DNA of 41,248 nt from a virus. Taxonomy: Duplodnaviria > Caudoviricetes. The notes under the pieces are model-generated. The model was not told the DNA's origin. It was given only the letters and a program-made list of their open reading frames with translations, and searched no databases. How positions within the stretch are numbered: position 1 is the first letter of the stretch; each line of letters opens with the position of its first letter. Where the stretch lies: positions 1-41,248 of the IMG/VR virus record IMGVR_UViG_3300042342_001247. One strand, 5' to 3'. The position numbers and the translations under genes were made by a program. Below are positions 9,823 through 19,787 of this stretch, piece by piece.

Positions 9823-10295
9823 TGTCAGCATATAATCGTATATATCGCAAATATATAGATAAAGGTGATAAATCAATATCACCTGAAAGAATGAAGCGTG
9901 GAAAATTCTATATGATAATGCAATACGAATATGTAGATGGTACTAAACAATCATACACAATAGGAGATGGGCCTATAATATACACTTTGTTTGTTTCTAG
10001 AGCAAAAGGTGTGGTACACGCAATTAAAGTATCAAATATAAATCCCACTTTAATAAAAAGATTTTTTGGTAAATTTGTAAATGAAGATGAAGATAAATTA
10101 GAAATGAAGGGTGGAGCAAAGAAGTTTTATTCATCCGTAGTTTCTAAAGTACCTATAATAACAAATGAAGCATATAGAACTTATAAAATAAGTGGGTTTG
10201 GTAGAATAACTGAATTGGAAATGGATATTGAAGAATTGACTCCTAATGTAAAAAAATCAATAAAAACTATTAAAGAACAAAATAACGAAGAATGA
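9822..10295 (+). CDS. Hypothetical basic protein
   Basis: 157 aa ORF with GTG start overlapping the previous stop; fills the gap exactly. Confidence 0.65.
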   Translation: MSAYNRIYRKYIDKGDKSISPERMKRGKFYMIMQYEYVDGTKQSYTIGDGPIIYTLFVSRAKGVVHAIKVSNINPTLIKRFFGKFVNEDEDKLEMKGGAKKFYSSVVSKVPIITNEAYRTYKISGFGRITELEMDIEELTPNVKKSIKTIKEQNNEE

Positions 10296-10948
10296 ACAGA
10301 GTATGGTCTTTCGGTGATTCAATGACAGCACCTATAAATGGCACCTCTAATGACCCCAGTCCTTACAAACAATGGTTGGGTAGAGATGCAAAGGATACTG
10401 CTACATTTGTAGCAGAAGAATACGGGTTTAGTGTAAAAAATATGGGAGTTAGTGGAAGTTCCAATTGTGGAATATTTCACAAATTCCTTTCAGAATTACA
10501 AAACATTCAATCAGGTGATATCCTAATTTTTGGATGGACAGTTATAGCTAGATACAGAGTAGCATCTAAACACGGATGGAAAACAATCTGGTCTGTAGGG
10601 TTATCGAATCTTCCTGAATATGAGTGTGTAGATGGAACATATATAACAAAGGAAGTAGCGGAGCAATTGATTTATAATAGGTGTGATTTACAACATTTCT
10701 ATGAGCAAGAAGTTAATCAATGGATTACATTTATAAATGATTGGGCAAACTTAAAAGATGTAAAAGTTATCCATTGGAGTTGGTGTAATGAAAATATAGG
10801 TGGTAAACAAAATTTGAAGTTATCATTTCCGGTTGTAAACTATACCGATATGAGTAAAGAAACTGCTAATGTAGTTAGAGATGGGCATTATGGTGAAGTA
10901 GGTTATAAGGAATTGGCAAATGATATATTAAAATATTTAAATAAATAA
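10292..10948 (+). CDS. SGNH/GDSL hydrolase-like protein
   Basis: WSFGDSMT, NMGVSGSSN, C-terminal DGHYG. Confidence 0.75.
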   Translation: MNRVWSFGDSMTAPINGTSNDPSPYKQWLGRDAKDTATFVAEEYGFSVKNMGVSGSSNCGIFHKFLSELQNIQSGDILIFGWTVIARYRVASKHGWKTIWSVGLSNLPEYECVDGTYITKEVAEQLIYNRCDLQHFYEQEVNQWITFINDWANLKDVKVIHWSWCNENIGGKQNLKLSFPVVNYTDMSKETANVVRDGHYGEVGYKELANDILKYLNK

Positions 10949-10950
10949 TA

Positions 10951-11265
10951 ATGACATCAAAAGAATTCGTCCTTTGGTTACAGGGATTTACTCAAGGAGT
11001 ACATGAATACAATATATCACCCAAACAATGGGATGCATTAAAAGATGTGTTGGCAAAGGTTAATGATGAACCAACACTAACTTTTCCAATCCATACTCCA
11101 AATACTGCACCAAATACACAATCGTTTCCTACTTGGCAACATCCACACTATGTAACATCAACTGCTTATGGGTATCCATCAGGTAGTTCAATTAATTATA
11201 CATACAATCCACCATATACAACAGGTGGTGAAGATGAAATTATCAAATCTCATAACGAAGATTAA
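10951..11265 (+). CDS. Hypothetical protein
   Basis: 104 aa; N-terminal MTSKEFVLWLQGF helix and low-complexity Pro/Thr/Tyr tail. Confidence 0.7.
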   Translation: MTSKEFVLWLQGFTQGVHEYNISPKQWDALKDVLAKVNDEPTLTFPIHTPNTAPNTQSFPTWQHPHYVTSTAYGYPSGSSINYTYNPPYTTGGEDEIIKSHNED

Positions 11266-11266
11266 A

Positions 11267-11893
11267 ATGAAATTAAGTTACGCAATAACCGCTTGTAATG
11301 AGCATGAAGAAATTATACGATTAGTTACTCAATTGATAAACTATAAAGGTGAAAATTCTGAAATAGTAGTTCTTTTAGATACTCCAAAATCTTCTACGGA
11401 AATGATTGAGTATTTAGAATTACAAGCTAATGCAAATTATATCACTTTAATTGAATCTGAATTTGATAATGATTTCGCACAATGGAAAAACTTTTTAAAT
11501 TCACATTGCAAAGGTGAGTGGATTTTTCAATTAGATGCGGATGAATACCTATCAAATGATTTAATCTACAATTTGGAAGAATTGTTAGAAGTGAATACTG
11601 ATAAAGACCTAATAGTAGTTCCGAGAATCAATACGGTTGAAGGATTAACTGAAGCACATATTCAGAAATGGGGATGGAATGTTAATGAGAAAGGATGGGT
11701 AAACTTCCCTGATGTTCAGACTCGTATCTACAAAAACAAACCAGAGCAAATTGGATGGAGTGGTAAAGTACATGAAAGAATTGTTGGATTTCAATCATAT
11801 ACTAATTTTCCATCAGATGAGGTCTATTGTATTATACATCCAAAAACAATAGAACGTCAGGAACGTCAAAATGATTATTATAATACTTTATGA
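11267..11893 (+). CDS. Glycosyltransferase family 2
   Basis: MKLSYAITACNE, WIFQLDADE (DxD), VHE. Start reassigned to ATG 11267. Confidence 0.88.
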   Translation: MKLSYAITACNEHEEIIRLVTQLINYKGENSEIVVLLDTPKSSTEMIEYLELQANANYITLIESEFDNDFAQWKNFLNSHCKGEWIFQLDADEYLSNDLIYNLEELLEVNTDKDLIVVPRINTVEGLTEAHIQKWGWNVNEKGWVNFPDVQTRIYKNKPEQIGWSGKVHERIVGFQSYTNFPSDEVYCIIHPKTIERQERQNDYYNTL

Positions 11894-12771
11894 AAATAAC
11901 ATTCATATACGATTACAAAGATGGTGAAGTATGGTCTACACCACTTGCACTCCTAAATGAATTCAAAGAGAGAGGTTGGGAAACTCAAATAGTTAAAACA
12001 AACGATACCGATTTGAAGAATTGGGTAGATTCCAAACCACAAACTGACATTGTGTTGTTTATGGATTGGGGTAGATTCAATTCACAATATCTTAATAAAG
12101 ATTTAGTTCCTGCATTTTGGATACAAGAAAGTGGAGATGACCCACAAAACTTTGAAAGAAATTATCCTAAAGCAAATCGTTTCCATTACACAATTACTCC
12201 TGATAAACAATCCGCAATCGAATATGTAAATAGAGGTATAAACGCAGAATGGATAAATCATTTTGCAGATACTATGGTTCAGTTTCCTATGAATTTAGAA
12301 CCAAAATATGTTGGGGTTACTACGCGAGGACTTGGAAATTCGGAATTTTTAGATTATATTACAAACTGGGCAGAGGGTGCAATTGGAAATCGTAATGGTA
12401 TGGCTGCAAAAGAACATACTCAATTTTTGAATAGTGGATTAATGGTTATTCAAAATAGTAGATGGGGAGAAATTACTCGCAGATTATTTGAAGGAATGGC
12501 ATGCGGTAAAATGGTCCTAACAGATAGATTGGATACCATTAGAGGGTTAGAAGAGATATTCATTGATGGTGAAGATATTGTTTTATATAATGATATGTTT
12601 GATTGTATAGAGAAGATGAACTATTACAATGAAAATGAGGAGGAGAGGGAAAGAATAGCACATAATGGAATGATGAAAGTGTTACACAATTATACACAAA
12701 TTCAAGTAGTAGATAAATTAATAGAAAATTATGAAAGTTTTAATAACAGGAGTAGCAGGGCTATTAGGTAG
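11890..12771 (+). CDS. Glycosyltransferase, GT-B (CgeB/Glyco_trans_1_2-like)
   Basis: RRLFEGMACGKMVLTD, ERERIAHNG, HNY tail. Confidence 0.8.
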   Translation: MKITFIYDYKDGEVWSTPLALLNEFKERGWETQIVKTNDTDLKNWVDSKPQTDIVLFMDWGRFNSQYLNKDLVPAFWIQESGDDPQNFERNYPKANRFHYTITPDKQSAIEYVNRGINAEWINHFADTMVQFPMNLEPKYVGVTTRGLGNSEFLDYITNWAEGAIGNRNGMAAKEHTQFLNSGLMVIQNSRWGEITRRLFEGMACGKMVLTDRLDTIRGLEEIFIDGEDIVLYNDMFDCIEKMNYYNENEEERERIAHNGMMKVLHNYTQIQVVDKLIENYESFNNRSSRAIR

Positions 12772-13723
12772 TAGATTAGCAGATTGGTTAACTGAAAAAC
12801 ATCCCGAAGTTCATATAGTTGGAATTGATGATTTAAGTGGTGGATATAGAGAAAATGTAAATCCAACCGTAGAATTTTGGCAAATGAATTTGGTAACACA
12901 CCCAATTGAAAATTGTTTTGAAATTCACAAATTTGATTATGTATTTCATTTTGCAGCATACGCAGCGGAAGGACTATCACCATTCATTAGACAATATAAT
13001 TATGAAAACAATTTAGTTGCAACTGCAAGAGTAGTCAATCAATGTATTAAACACAATGTTAAACGATTGGTATTCACTTCAACATTAGCAGTGTATGGAC
13101 ATGGAGAAGGTGGCGTATTTGATGAAACACACACACCTAAACCAATCGACCCGTATGGAGTTGCGAAATATGCGTGTGAAATGGATATTCAAATTGCAGG
13201 TGAACAACATGGATTAGATTGGTGTATTATCAGACCACATAATGTATATGGTATTAACCAAAATATATGGGATAAGTATCGTAATGTATTGGGTATTTGG
13301 ATGTATCAACATCTAAATGGAGAACCAATGACAATATTTGGTGATGGAGAACAAACTAGAGCATTTAGTTGTGTAGATGATATTGTAGAACCTTTATGGA
13401 ATTCGGCAATTAGACCTGAAGCATCCAAAGAAATAATTAATTTAGGTGGAGTAGAAGAGTGGAGTATAAACAAAGCAAATTCATTATTAAGAGCAATTAT
13501 AGGTAGTGGTGAAGTTGTTTATAAAGAAGGTAGACATGAGGTTAAAAACTCAATACCTACCTTCCAAAAATCAATTGATATATTGGGGTTTGAACATAAA
13601 ACTAATTTAGATGAAGGATTGTGGGATATGTGGGTTTGGGCTTCACACCAACCGAAAAGAGATAGATTTGTATGGCCGTCGTATGAATTAGATAATGGAA
13701 TTTATTCATTTTGGAAAAAATAA
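12731..13723 (+). CDS. NAD-dependent NDP-sugar epimerase/dehydratase
   Basis: GVAGLLG Rossmann motif, HFAA, TST, YGVAK, RPHNVYG, GDGEQTR. Confidence 0.93.
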   Translation: MKVLITGVAGLLGSRLADWLTEKHPEVHIVGIDDLSGGYRENVNPTVEFWQMNLVTHPIENCFEIHKFDYVFHFAAYAAEGLSPFIRQYNYENNLVATARVVNQCIKHNVKRLVFTSTLAVYGHGEGGVFDETHTPKPIDPYGVAKYACEMDIQIAGEQHGLDWCIIRPHNVYGINQNIWDKYRNVLGIWMYQHLNGEPMTIFGDGEQTRAFSCVDDIVEPLWNSAIRPEASKEIINLGGVEEWSINKANSLLRAIIGSGEVVYKEGRHEVKNSIPTFQKSIDILGFEHKTNLDEGLWDMWVWASHQPKRDRFVWPSYELDNGIYSFWKK

Positions 13724-13728
13724 AAAAT

Positions 13729-14289
13729 ATGACCACATTTTCAGAATTTTACGAAAGCATAGAACCAAAAAGTGATAAAGGTACTTTACATGATTATATT
13801 AATGCATATTATTCGGATGAATTTACAAATAGAAGATTAGAAAAATTATCAATTTTAGAGATAGGTGTTAGACGTGGAGACTCTTTAAACTTATTAAGTA
13901 AATGGTTTGTTAATTCCCATATAATTGGAATCGATAATGGTAATGAAATGAATCAATCAAATATTGAATTTATAAAAACACTATCAAATGTAAAATTATT
14001 TTTAGAAAACGCGTATGTTGATAGTATTATAAATAAATTTGAAAATGATAGTTTTGATTATATTATAGATGATGGTCCACACACATTAGAAACCCAAATA
14101 ATATCCATACAAAAATGGTTAAAAAAAATAAAACCAGGAGGAAAATTGATAATAGAAGATATTCAATCAATTGATGACTTAAATAAATTAGTTTTGTATG
14201 CAAATGATACTGATATGAAATGGGAAGTATATGATTTACGAAATAATAAAGGAAGATACGATGATGTATTGTTATTTATAGAAAAATAA
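13729..14289 (+). CDS. Class I SAM-dependent (sugar O-)methyltransferase
   Basis: SDKG..H.Y, ILEIGV, GID, IIDDGPH, PGGKLIIEDI. ATG 13729 preferred over TTG 13711. Confidence 0.85.
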   Translation: MTTFSEFYESIEPKSDKGTLHDYINAYYSDEFTNRRLEKLSILEIGVRRGDSLNLLSKWFVNSHIIGIDNGNEMNQSNIEFIKTLSNVKLFLENAYVDSIINKFENDSFDYIIDDGPHTLETQIISIQKWLKKIKPGGKLIIEDIQSIDDLNKLVLYANDTDMKWEVYDLRNNKGRYDDVLLFIEK

Positions 14290-14293
14290 AAAT

Positions 14294-15043
14294 ATGATTA
14301 GAAATTTAATATATTATTGTTATTTTGAAAATTCACAAGTAAATGAATTTACCAAATTAAATCTTGAATTGTTAAATAGATATTGCAATAACTTCAACGG
14401 ACAAAGAATAATAAAAATAGCAGTTGATGATTTGGAAATAGATAACTCACATTTAGTAAAATTATTTAATGGATTCGAAATTGAAGTTGTAAAAAATAAT
14501 CAAGAAACACGTGAATCGGAATATTTTATAGACTCTATTAAACAAATAACGAATAAAGATTCCATTACATTTTTTGCACACAATAAAGGTGGTTCAAATA
14601 GACCTGAAAAAGATGTAATAAAAATGTGGTTATTTTCTATGTATTTTTTTAATTTAGAACCAACTTTCCTAATTAAAATACAAGATGAGTTATCAAACGA
14701 TAAAACATTTAGTGGTATAATGAGAATTATAACACCCTGCCCTCCTTGGGTAGAAAGTGATTGGCATTATAGTGGAACATTTTTTTGGTTTCATACCGAT
14801 AAACTTTTAAATATCCCAAATTGGGATGATATGAAGAAGGATAGGTTTGCCGTTGAAAGTTATCCTGGAAAAATGGTTAAAGAAATTGAATCTCATGTTA
14901 CAATATGCAGTGCTAATTACAATTTTAATACATACTCACCTGATATATGGAATAAAATAATTAAACCAGAAACAATGGGTGAAGAAATGCATGACATATA
15001 CATTAAATTGTACCAAAAATATATAAAAAATGAACAAATATAG
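14294..15043 (+). CDS. Hypothetical protein, glycosyltransferase-like
   Basis: FFAHNKG and HYSGTFFW motifs; lies inside the glycan gene block. Confidence 0.55.
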   Translation: MIRNLIYYCYFENSQVNEFTKLNLELLNRYCNNFNGQRIIKIAVDDLEIDNSHLVKLFNGFEIEVVKNNQETRESEYFIDSIKQITNKDSITFFAHNKGGSNRPEKDVIKMWLFSMYFFNLEPTFLIKIQDELSNDKTFSGIMRIITPCPPWVESDWHYSGTFFWFHTDKLLNIPNWDDMKKDRFAVESYPGKMVKEIESHVTICSANYNFNTYSPDIWNKIIKPETMGEEMHDIYIKLYQKYIKNEQI

Positions 15044-15671
15044 TGTAATAATACCAACTCTTTGGAAATCAAATAGAATTGGAAAACTATTATTTGATTT
15101 GATAAAATGCGAGTTCGTAGATGAAATCATATTAATAGATAATGGTGGCAAATTCTTTGAATATTATGAAGCATTGGATAAAGTAAAATTAGTTCAGACT
15201 GGTGAAAACATATATGTAAACCCAGCGTGGAATTTAGGAGTTAAACTTGCTAAAAATAATTCTATTGCATTAGTAAACGATGATATAAACTTTAATCCAA
15301 ATATATTTGGTGTCATAACAAATGATATTTTATTGGAATATGGTATCATTGGTCAATCCGAATACAACTATAAAGGAAATAATACAGACGAACCCATTTT
15401 AGAAAAATGGAATGGTAAAATTAGAGATTGGGGATGGGGATGTCTTATAATGTTTGATAAACAAAATTGGATTGATATACCAGATGATATTAAAATATGG
15501 TATGGAGATGATTACATATTCAAATGCAATCTTTCTACAAAATCTACAATGAAAAATTTTAATATAGAAACCGAAATGTCAACAACTTCCGATGAAGGAG
15601 TTTGGAACTCTGTAAAAGAACAAGATAAAATTAACTTTATAAATCATATAAGAAATGCAACAAAAAAATAA
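15030..15671 (+). CDS. Glycosyltransferase family 2
   Basis: SVIIPT, IILIDNG, AWNLG, LVNDD, YGDD. Confidence 0.87.
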   Translation: MNKYSVIIPTLWKSNRIGKLLFDLIKCEFVDEIILIDNGGKFFEYYEALDKVKLVQTGENIYVNPAWNLGVKLAKNNSIALVNDDINFNPNIFGVITNDILLEYGIIGQSEYNYKGNNTDEPILEKWNGKIRDWGWGCLIMFDKQNWIDIPDDIKIWYGDDYIFKCNLSTKSTMKNFNIETEMSTTSDEGVWNSVKEQDKINFINHIRNATKK

Positions 15672-16332
15672 TTCTGACTTTAATGCAATAATGTTAAACG
15701 CATTATTACAACATACAATGTCAACTAAAATAAAATTTACTGAAATTACAAATTGGCACCCATCTCATCCATTTTTAAGATTGAATATCTATGATGGAAT
15801 TCAAATGTCGCAAGTATTGGGTGTTTATTTGGCACTAAACCCACATTACATATATCAATTTGATAATATAATTGAAATTGGAACATATAATGGAGGTTTA
15901 ACATCTTGGTTATACGATAATAAAAATCCAAATGCAATGGTTGTATCATACGATATAGATGGTACTATAAATCATACAAATAGAACTGATATTGATTTCA
16001 GAATAGAAGATTGTTTTGCAGAAAAACCATTTAATGAAATAATTTCATATATTAAAAGACCTGGAAAAACATTAGTTGTATGCGACGGAGGTGATAAACC
16101 AAAAGAATTTAACGTATTTTCTGAATATTTAAAAAGTGGAGATGTTATTATTGCGCATGATTATGCAAAGAATCCAGAATATTGGAAATTTGTTACGGAT
16201 TATTGGCAATGGCCGTATGAATCCGATACCAATTACGATAGTATAAAAGATGCCATTATTAAAAATGGATTAGAACCATATAGAGATGATGAGTTTAATT
16301 TTTATTTGTGGACTAGTTATATTAAAAAATAA
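15655..16332 (+). CDS. SAM-dependent methyltransferase (CmcI/rhamnosyl O-methyltransferase-like)
   Basis: IIEIGTYNGG, SYDI, CDGG, LKSGDVIIAHD. Confidence 0.75.
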   Translation: MQQKNNSDFNAIMLNALLQHTMSTKIKFTEITNWHPSHPFLRLNIYDGIQMSQVLGVYLALNPHYIYQFDNIIEIGTYNGGLTSWLYDNKNPNAMVVSYDIDGTINHTNRTDIDFRIEDCFAEKPFNEIISYIKRPGKTLVVCDGGDKPKEFNVFSEYLKSGDVIIAHDYAKNPEYWKFVTDYWQWPYESDTNYDSIKDAIIKNGLEPYRDDEFNFYLWTSYIKK

Positions 16333-16335
16333 ATT

Positions 16336-17076
16336 ATGGAAAAACTTCCAATCAGTATAGGAATACTTTCTTGGAATAGTGGACAGGTATTGGTAGATAC
16401 ATTAACCACATATCACAATAATGGTTTATTTGATATGGTAAACGATACTACTATATTATTTCAACAATTCAATGAACAAGATTACAAAATTGCAAAACAT
16501 TTTGGATTAGATTGTATAGGATTGAATCAAAACATAGGTATAGGGCAAGGATTCATTAAACTAACTCAAAACGCACAATCGGATTATATATTGGTATTAG
16601 AGCATGATTGGAATTTAATTGAAGATAGAGAAACTACATATAAGATATTAGAAAAAAGTTACCAAGCAATTGAAATGGGGATGGATGTTGTTCGATTGAG
16701 ACATAGGAAAAATCCAGGAAATCCACATTTTTCATTTAGATATCAAGGACAAGAATTAACATATTATGATGATAATTCACAATGTACATCTCCACATCTT
16801 TTAGATTCACTGCATTGGTGTGAGCCTGATATCGAATTTGGTGATTATATAAAAAAATCAGAGGATATGTTTTGGACAACTTCTCGATACGGTAATTGGA
16901 CAAATAACCCATGTTTATATAAAAAACAATTTTATTTAGATGTAGTTAATCAGTTCGCAGGGGATGGTATTGCATTAGAAGGCAATATAGCTAAATGGTG
17001 GGCTGAATCCACATTTAAGGTTGGGCACAACGAAGGATTATTCATGCATAACGATTGGCAAAAATATGGAAGATAA
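16336..17076 (+). CDS. Glycosyltransferase, GT-A fold (GT2-like)
   Basis: ISIGILSW, NIGI, ILVLEHDW, WTNNP. Confidence 0.7.
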   Translation: MEKLPISIGILSWNSGQVLVDTLTTYHNNGLFDMVNDTTILFQQFNEQDYKIAKHFGLDCIGLNQNIGIGQGFIKLTQNAQSDYILVLEHDWNLIEDRETTYKILEKSYQAIEMGMDVVRLRHRKNPGNPHFSFRYQGQELTYYDDNSQCTSPHLLDSLHWCEPDIEFGDYIKKSEDMFWTTSRYGNWTNNPCLYKKQFYLDVVNQFAGDGIALEGNIAKWWAESTFKVGHNEGLFMHNDWQKYGR

Positions 17077-18490
17077 CCCATATATCATTGGTATATCCGG
17101 TGATTCTGCTTCTGGGAAATCTACTATTGCAAATTTCATAAGATTATATTATGGATATGGTAATACTGTATCCATTTCAGGAGATGACTTGCATAAATGG
17201 GAAAGAAACCATATTATGTGGAATTCCATTACACATTTAAATCCATCTGCAAATAATTTAAAATTGGGTGATTCACATTTGATATCACTCAAGAATGGAG
17301 AAAAAATATTAAGAAAAATATACAATCATTCAACTGGAAAATTTAACGAACCAATCTATATTTCACCAAAAAAATATGTTATAAATGAAGGATTACATTC
17401 ATTTTACACAAATGAATCCCAATTATTAACAGATTTAAAAATATACATTGATACTGATGAAAATCTAATAACAGATTTTAAAGTTGAAAGAGATACAAAT
17501 GAAAGAGGATATACGAAAGAAAAAGTAGTAGAACTAATATCCAAGCGAAAAAAAGATTTTGAACATATTAAATCCATACAAATTAAAAAAGCTGATGTTA
17601 TAATCAAAATTAGCAAAATGGATGGTATTAATGTAACATATAATTCCGATGTAGATTGTATGTTATTTGAGTTTATTAAAAAAATGCATCGTGAATTGTA
17701 TGAATTTGAATGGATAAATCAAACAATTGGAAATAGATTAAATGTAGTTCAATCAAAGGGAGGAAATATATCATCAAAATTTGGTGATAAATTAATAATA
17801 AAAGAAAGTGGTGGAAAATTAAAAAATATAAAGTATGGTAGTGGTTATTCTATTATAGATTATAAAAATATTGATTTTAATAATATATTAGATGATGATA
17901 TGCTAGATGATATATTGGAGGTATCAATCAAAAATTCTTTATATAAAAAACCATCTATGGAAACTGGGTTTCATAGTTTATTTGATAAATATGTGTTTCA
18001 TGTACACCCAATATATTTGAATTGTATCTTATCATTAGAAAATGGAAAAGATATTATAGATGAATTATTCCAAAATGAAGATTTCAAATACACTTATTTG
18101 AAATACTATAACCCAGGATTGGAATTAACACATAAAATTTTAAATACGAATGGCATATCAAATGTTGTATTTTTAGAAAATCACGGTTTAATAGTTTCCT
18201 ATGATAACTATTATAAATGTATTGATTTAATTTCTAGAATTAATACATATTCAAAGGAATATATTGAAAGAAATGTAATAAAATTTAAAGAATTTGATTT
18301 AAGTTGGGCCGAATATCCAAAGGAAAATATATTTACATTTCCAGATTCTGTTATAATAAATGATAACGAAACACTCGCCTCACATAATTATATTGTATAT
18401 TACGCTAAACAATTAGGTAAAATTAAAAAATTATCAAATAAAGACATTGAGTATTTAAACAATCTAAAATCAGAAAAATATAGAAAATGA
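17066..18490 (+). CDS. Fusion protein: phosphoribulokinase/uridine kinase-family domain + class II aldolase/adducin domain
   Basis: N-domain: GDSASGKST, DDLH, LNPSAN, IYNHSTG, EGLH, RDTNERG. C-domain: GGNIS, KPSMETGFH, HVHP, LENHG (Zn ligands). Start at ATG 17066. Confidence 0.85.
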   Translation: MEDNPYIIGISGDSASGKSTIANFIRLYYGYGNTVSISGDDLHKWERNHIMWNSITHLNPSANNLKLGDSHLISLKNGEKILRKIYNHSTGKFNEPIYISPKKYVINEGLHSFYTNESQLLTDLKIYIDTDENLITDFKVERDTNERGYTKEKVVELISKRKKDFEHIKSIQIKKADVIIKISKMDGINVTYNSDVDCMLFEFIKKMHRELYEFEWINQTIGNRLNVVQSKGGNISSKFGDKLIIKESGGKLKNIKYGSGYSIIDYKNIDFNNILDDDMLDDILEVSIKNSLYKKPSMETGFHSLFDKYVFHVHPIYLNCILSLENGKDIIDELFQNEDFKYTYLKYYNPGLELTHKILNTNGISNVVFLENHGLIVSYDNYYKCIDLISRINTYSKEYIERNVIKFKEFDLSWAEYPKENIFTFPDSVIINDNETLASHNYIVYYAKQLGKIKKLSNKDIEYLNNLKSEKYRK

Positions 18491-19308
18491 AGATTATAGT
18501 TCCAATGGCAGGTATGGGGGATAGATTTGTTAAAGCAGGATACATAGACCCAAAACCATTAATAAACGTCAATGGAAAATTAATTATAGAATATATTGTT
18601 GAAATGTTTGATATTGAAAATGACGAGTTTATATTTGTAATAAATGAAGAACACGCCAACAATACCAAAATGGTTGAAATATTGAATAAATTAGTTAAAC
18701 AATCTGAAATTTACATTATACAAAACCACAAAAAAGGACCAGTTTATACTTTAAAAAATTTAGATGTAAAAGATGATGAAGAAGTTATAATCACTTATTG
18801 TGATAATCCATACCTTTGGGATTATAACGATTTCAAACAATCAATTAAAAATTCAGATGGTTGCATTCTTTCTCATGTTGGGTTTCATCCACATAGACTG
18901 AGTCCAACTTTTATGGCACATATAAAAGAGGATAATGGTAAATTGATTGAGATAAAAGAAAAAGAACCATATACAGATAAACCAATTGAAGAACATGCTT
19001 CAACTGGAACATATTATTTTGCAAAAGGTAAATATGTTAAAAAGTATTTCAAACAATTGATGGATTTGGATATAAACTACAATGGTGAGTATTATGTAAC
19101 ATTAGTTTACAATTTAATGGTTAATGATGGATTGAATGTTACAATCTATGATACTGATTATGTTAGTGTATTTGGAACTCCAGAAGAAGTTCAAAATTTT
19201 GAAGCTTGGCAAACTATTTTAAAAAGTGGTATAAAATCACAAGATGAATTAATTTGGACATATCATTATTGGAAACACTACAATGAACAATTTGGTAAAT
19301 ATAAATAA
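18487..19308 (+). CDS. Sugar-phosphate nucleotidyltransferase (NTP transferase)
   Basis: IIVPMAGMGDRF, PKPLI, YCD, IKEK, GTYYF, NGEYYV, FGTPEE. Confidence 0.9.
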   Translation: MKIIVPMAGMGDRFVKAGYIDPKPLINVNGKLIIEYIVEMFDIENDEFIFVINEEHANNTKMVEILNKLVKQSEIYIIQNHKKGPVYTLKNLDVKDDEEVIITYCDNPYLWDYNDFKQSIKNSDGCILSHVGFHPHRLSPTFMAHIKEDNGKLIEIKEKEPYTDKPIEEHASTGTYYFAKGKYVKKYFKQLMDLDINYNGEYYVTLVYNLMVNDGLNVTIYDTDYVSVFGTPEEVQNFEAWQTILKSGIKSQDELIWTYHYWKHYNEQFGKYK

Positions 19309-19322
19309 TTTTAGTATATTTG
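19291..19322 (+). promoter_or_regulatory. Bacteroidota-type promoter TTTG-N20-TAnnTTTG
   Basis: TTTG(19291)-20 nt-TATATTTG(19315); exact match to the Bacteroides -33/-7 consensus, immediately before ATG 19326. Confidence 0.6.
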
Positions 19323-19325
19323 TGT

Positions 19326-19787
19326 ATGAAATGGATTGCACATAGAGGAAACATAAACGGTAGAAATATTGAAAGAGAGAATCATCCTAATTATATAGAT
19401 GAAGCAATTTCATTAGGTTATGATGTCGAAATAGATATATGGATGATTGAAGGTGTTTTATTTTTAGGACACGATGAACCGCAATATGGTATAACTCAAC
19501 ATTGGTTAAACGAAAGATACGAACACCTATGGATACATTGTAAGAATGTAGACGCAATGGAGTGGTTTAACGCAATCGGTGGATTCAATTATTTTTGGCA
19601 TACAATTGATAATTACACTTTGATATCAAATAAAAGGGTATTAGTTAAACCTGGTGAAAAATTAATACAAAATTCAATATGTTGTATGCCTGAAATGGGA
19701 TATATCGGTGACATTACAAAATGTTACGCAATAATGACAGATAATATAAAAGAATATGAAATACACAATAATAGGTTGCATAACTAA
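19326..19787 (+). CDS. Glycerophosphodiester phosphodiesterase/PI-PLC-like protein
   Basis: IAHRGN, EN, DVEIDIW, LGHD, WIHCKN, IMTD. Confidence 0.78.
   Translation: MKWIAHRGNINGRNIERENHPNYIDEAISLGYDVEIDIWMIEGVLFLGHDEPQYGITQHWLNERYEHLWIHCKNVDAMEWFNAIGGFNYFWHTIDNYTLISNKRVLVKPGEKLIQNSICCMPEMGYIGDITKCYAIMTDNIKEYEIHNNRLHN

Noticed and set aside
9822-10295. T4 gp2-like DNA end protector
   Set aside because: Only a vague resemblance; characteristic motifs could not be confirmed by eye.
17066-17630. Carbon-fixation auxiliary gene (PRK)
   Set aside because: No RuBisCO or CP12 in the window; the domain is fused to an aldolase-fold domain inside a glycan block.
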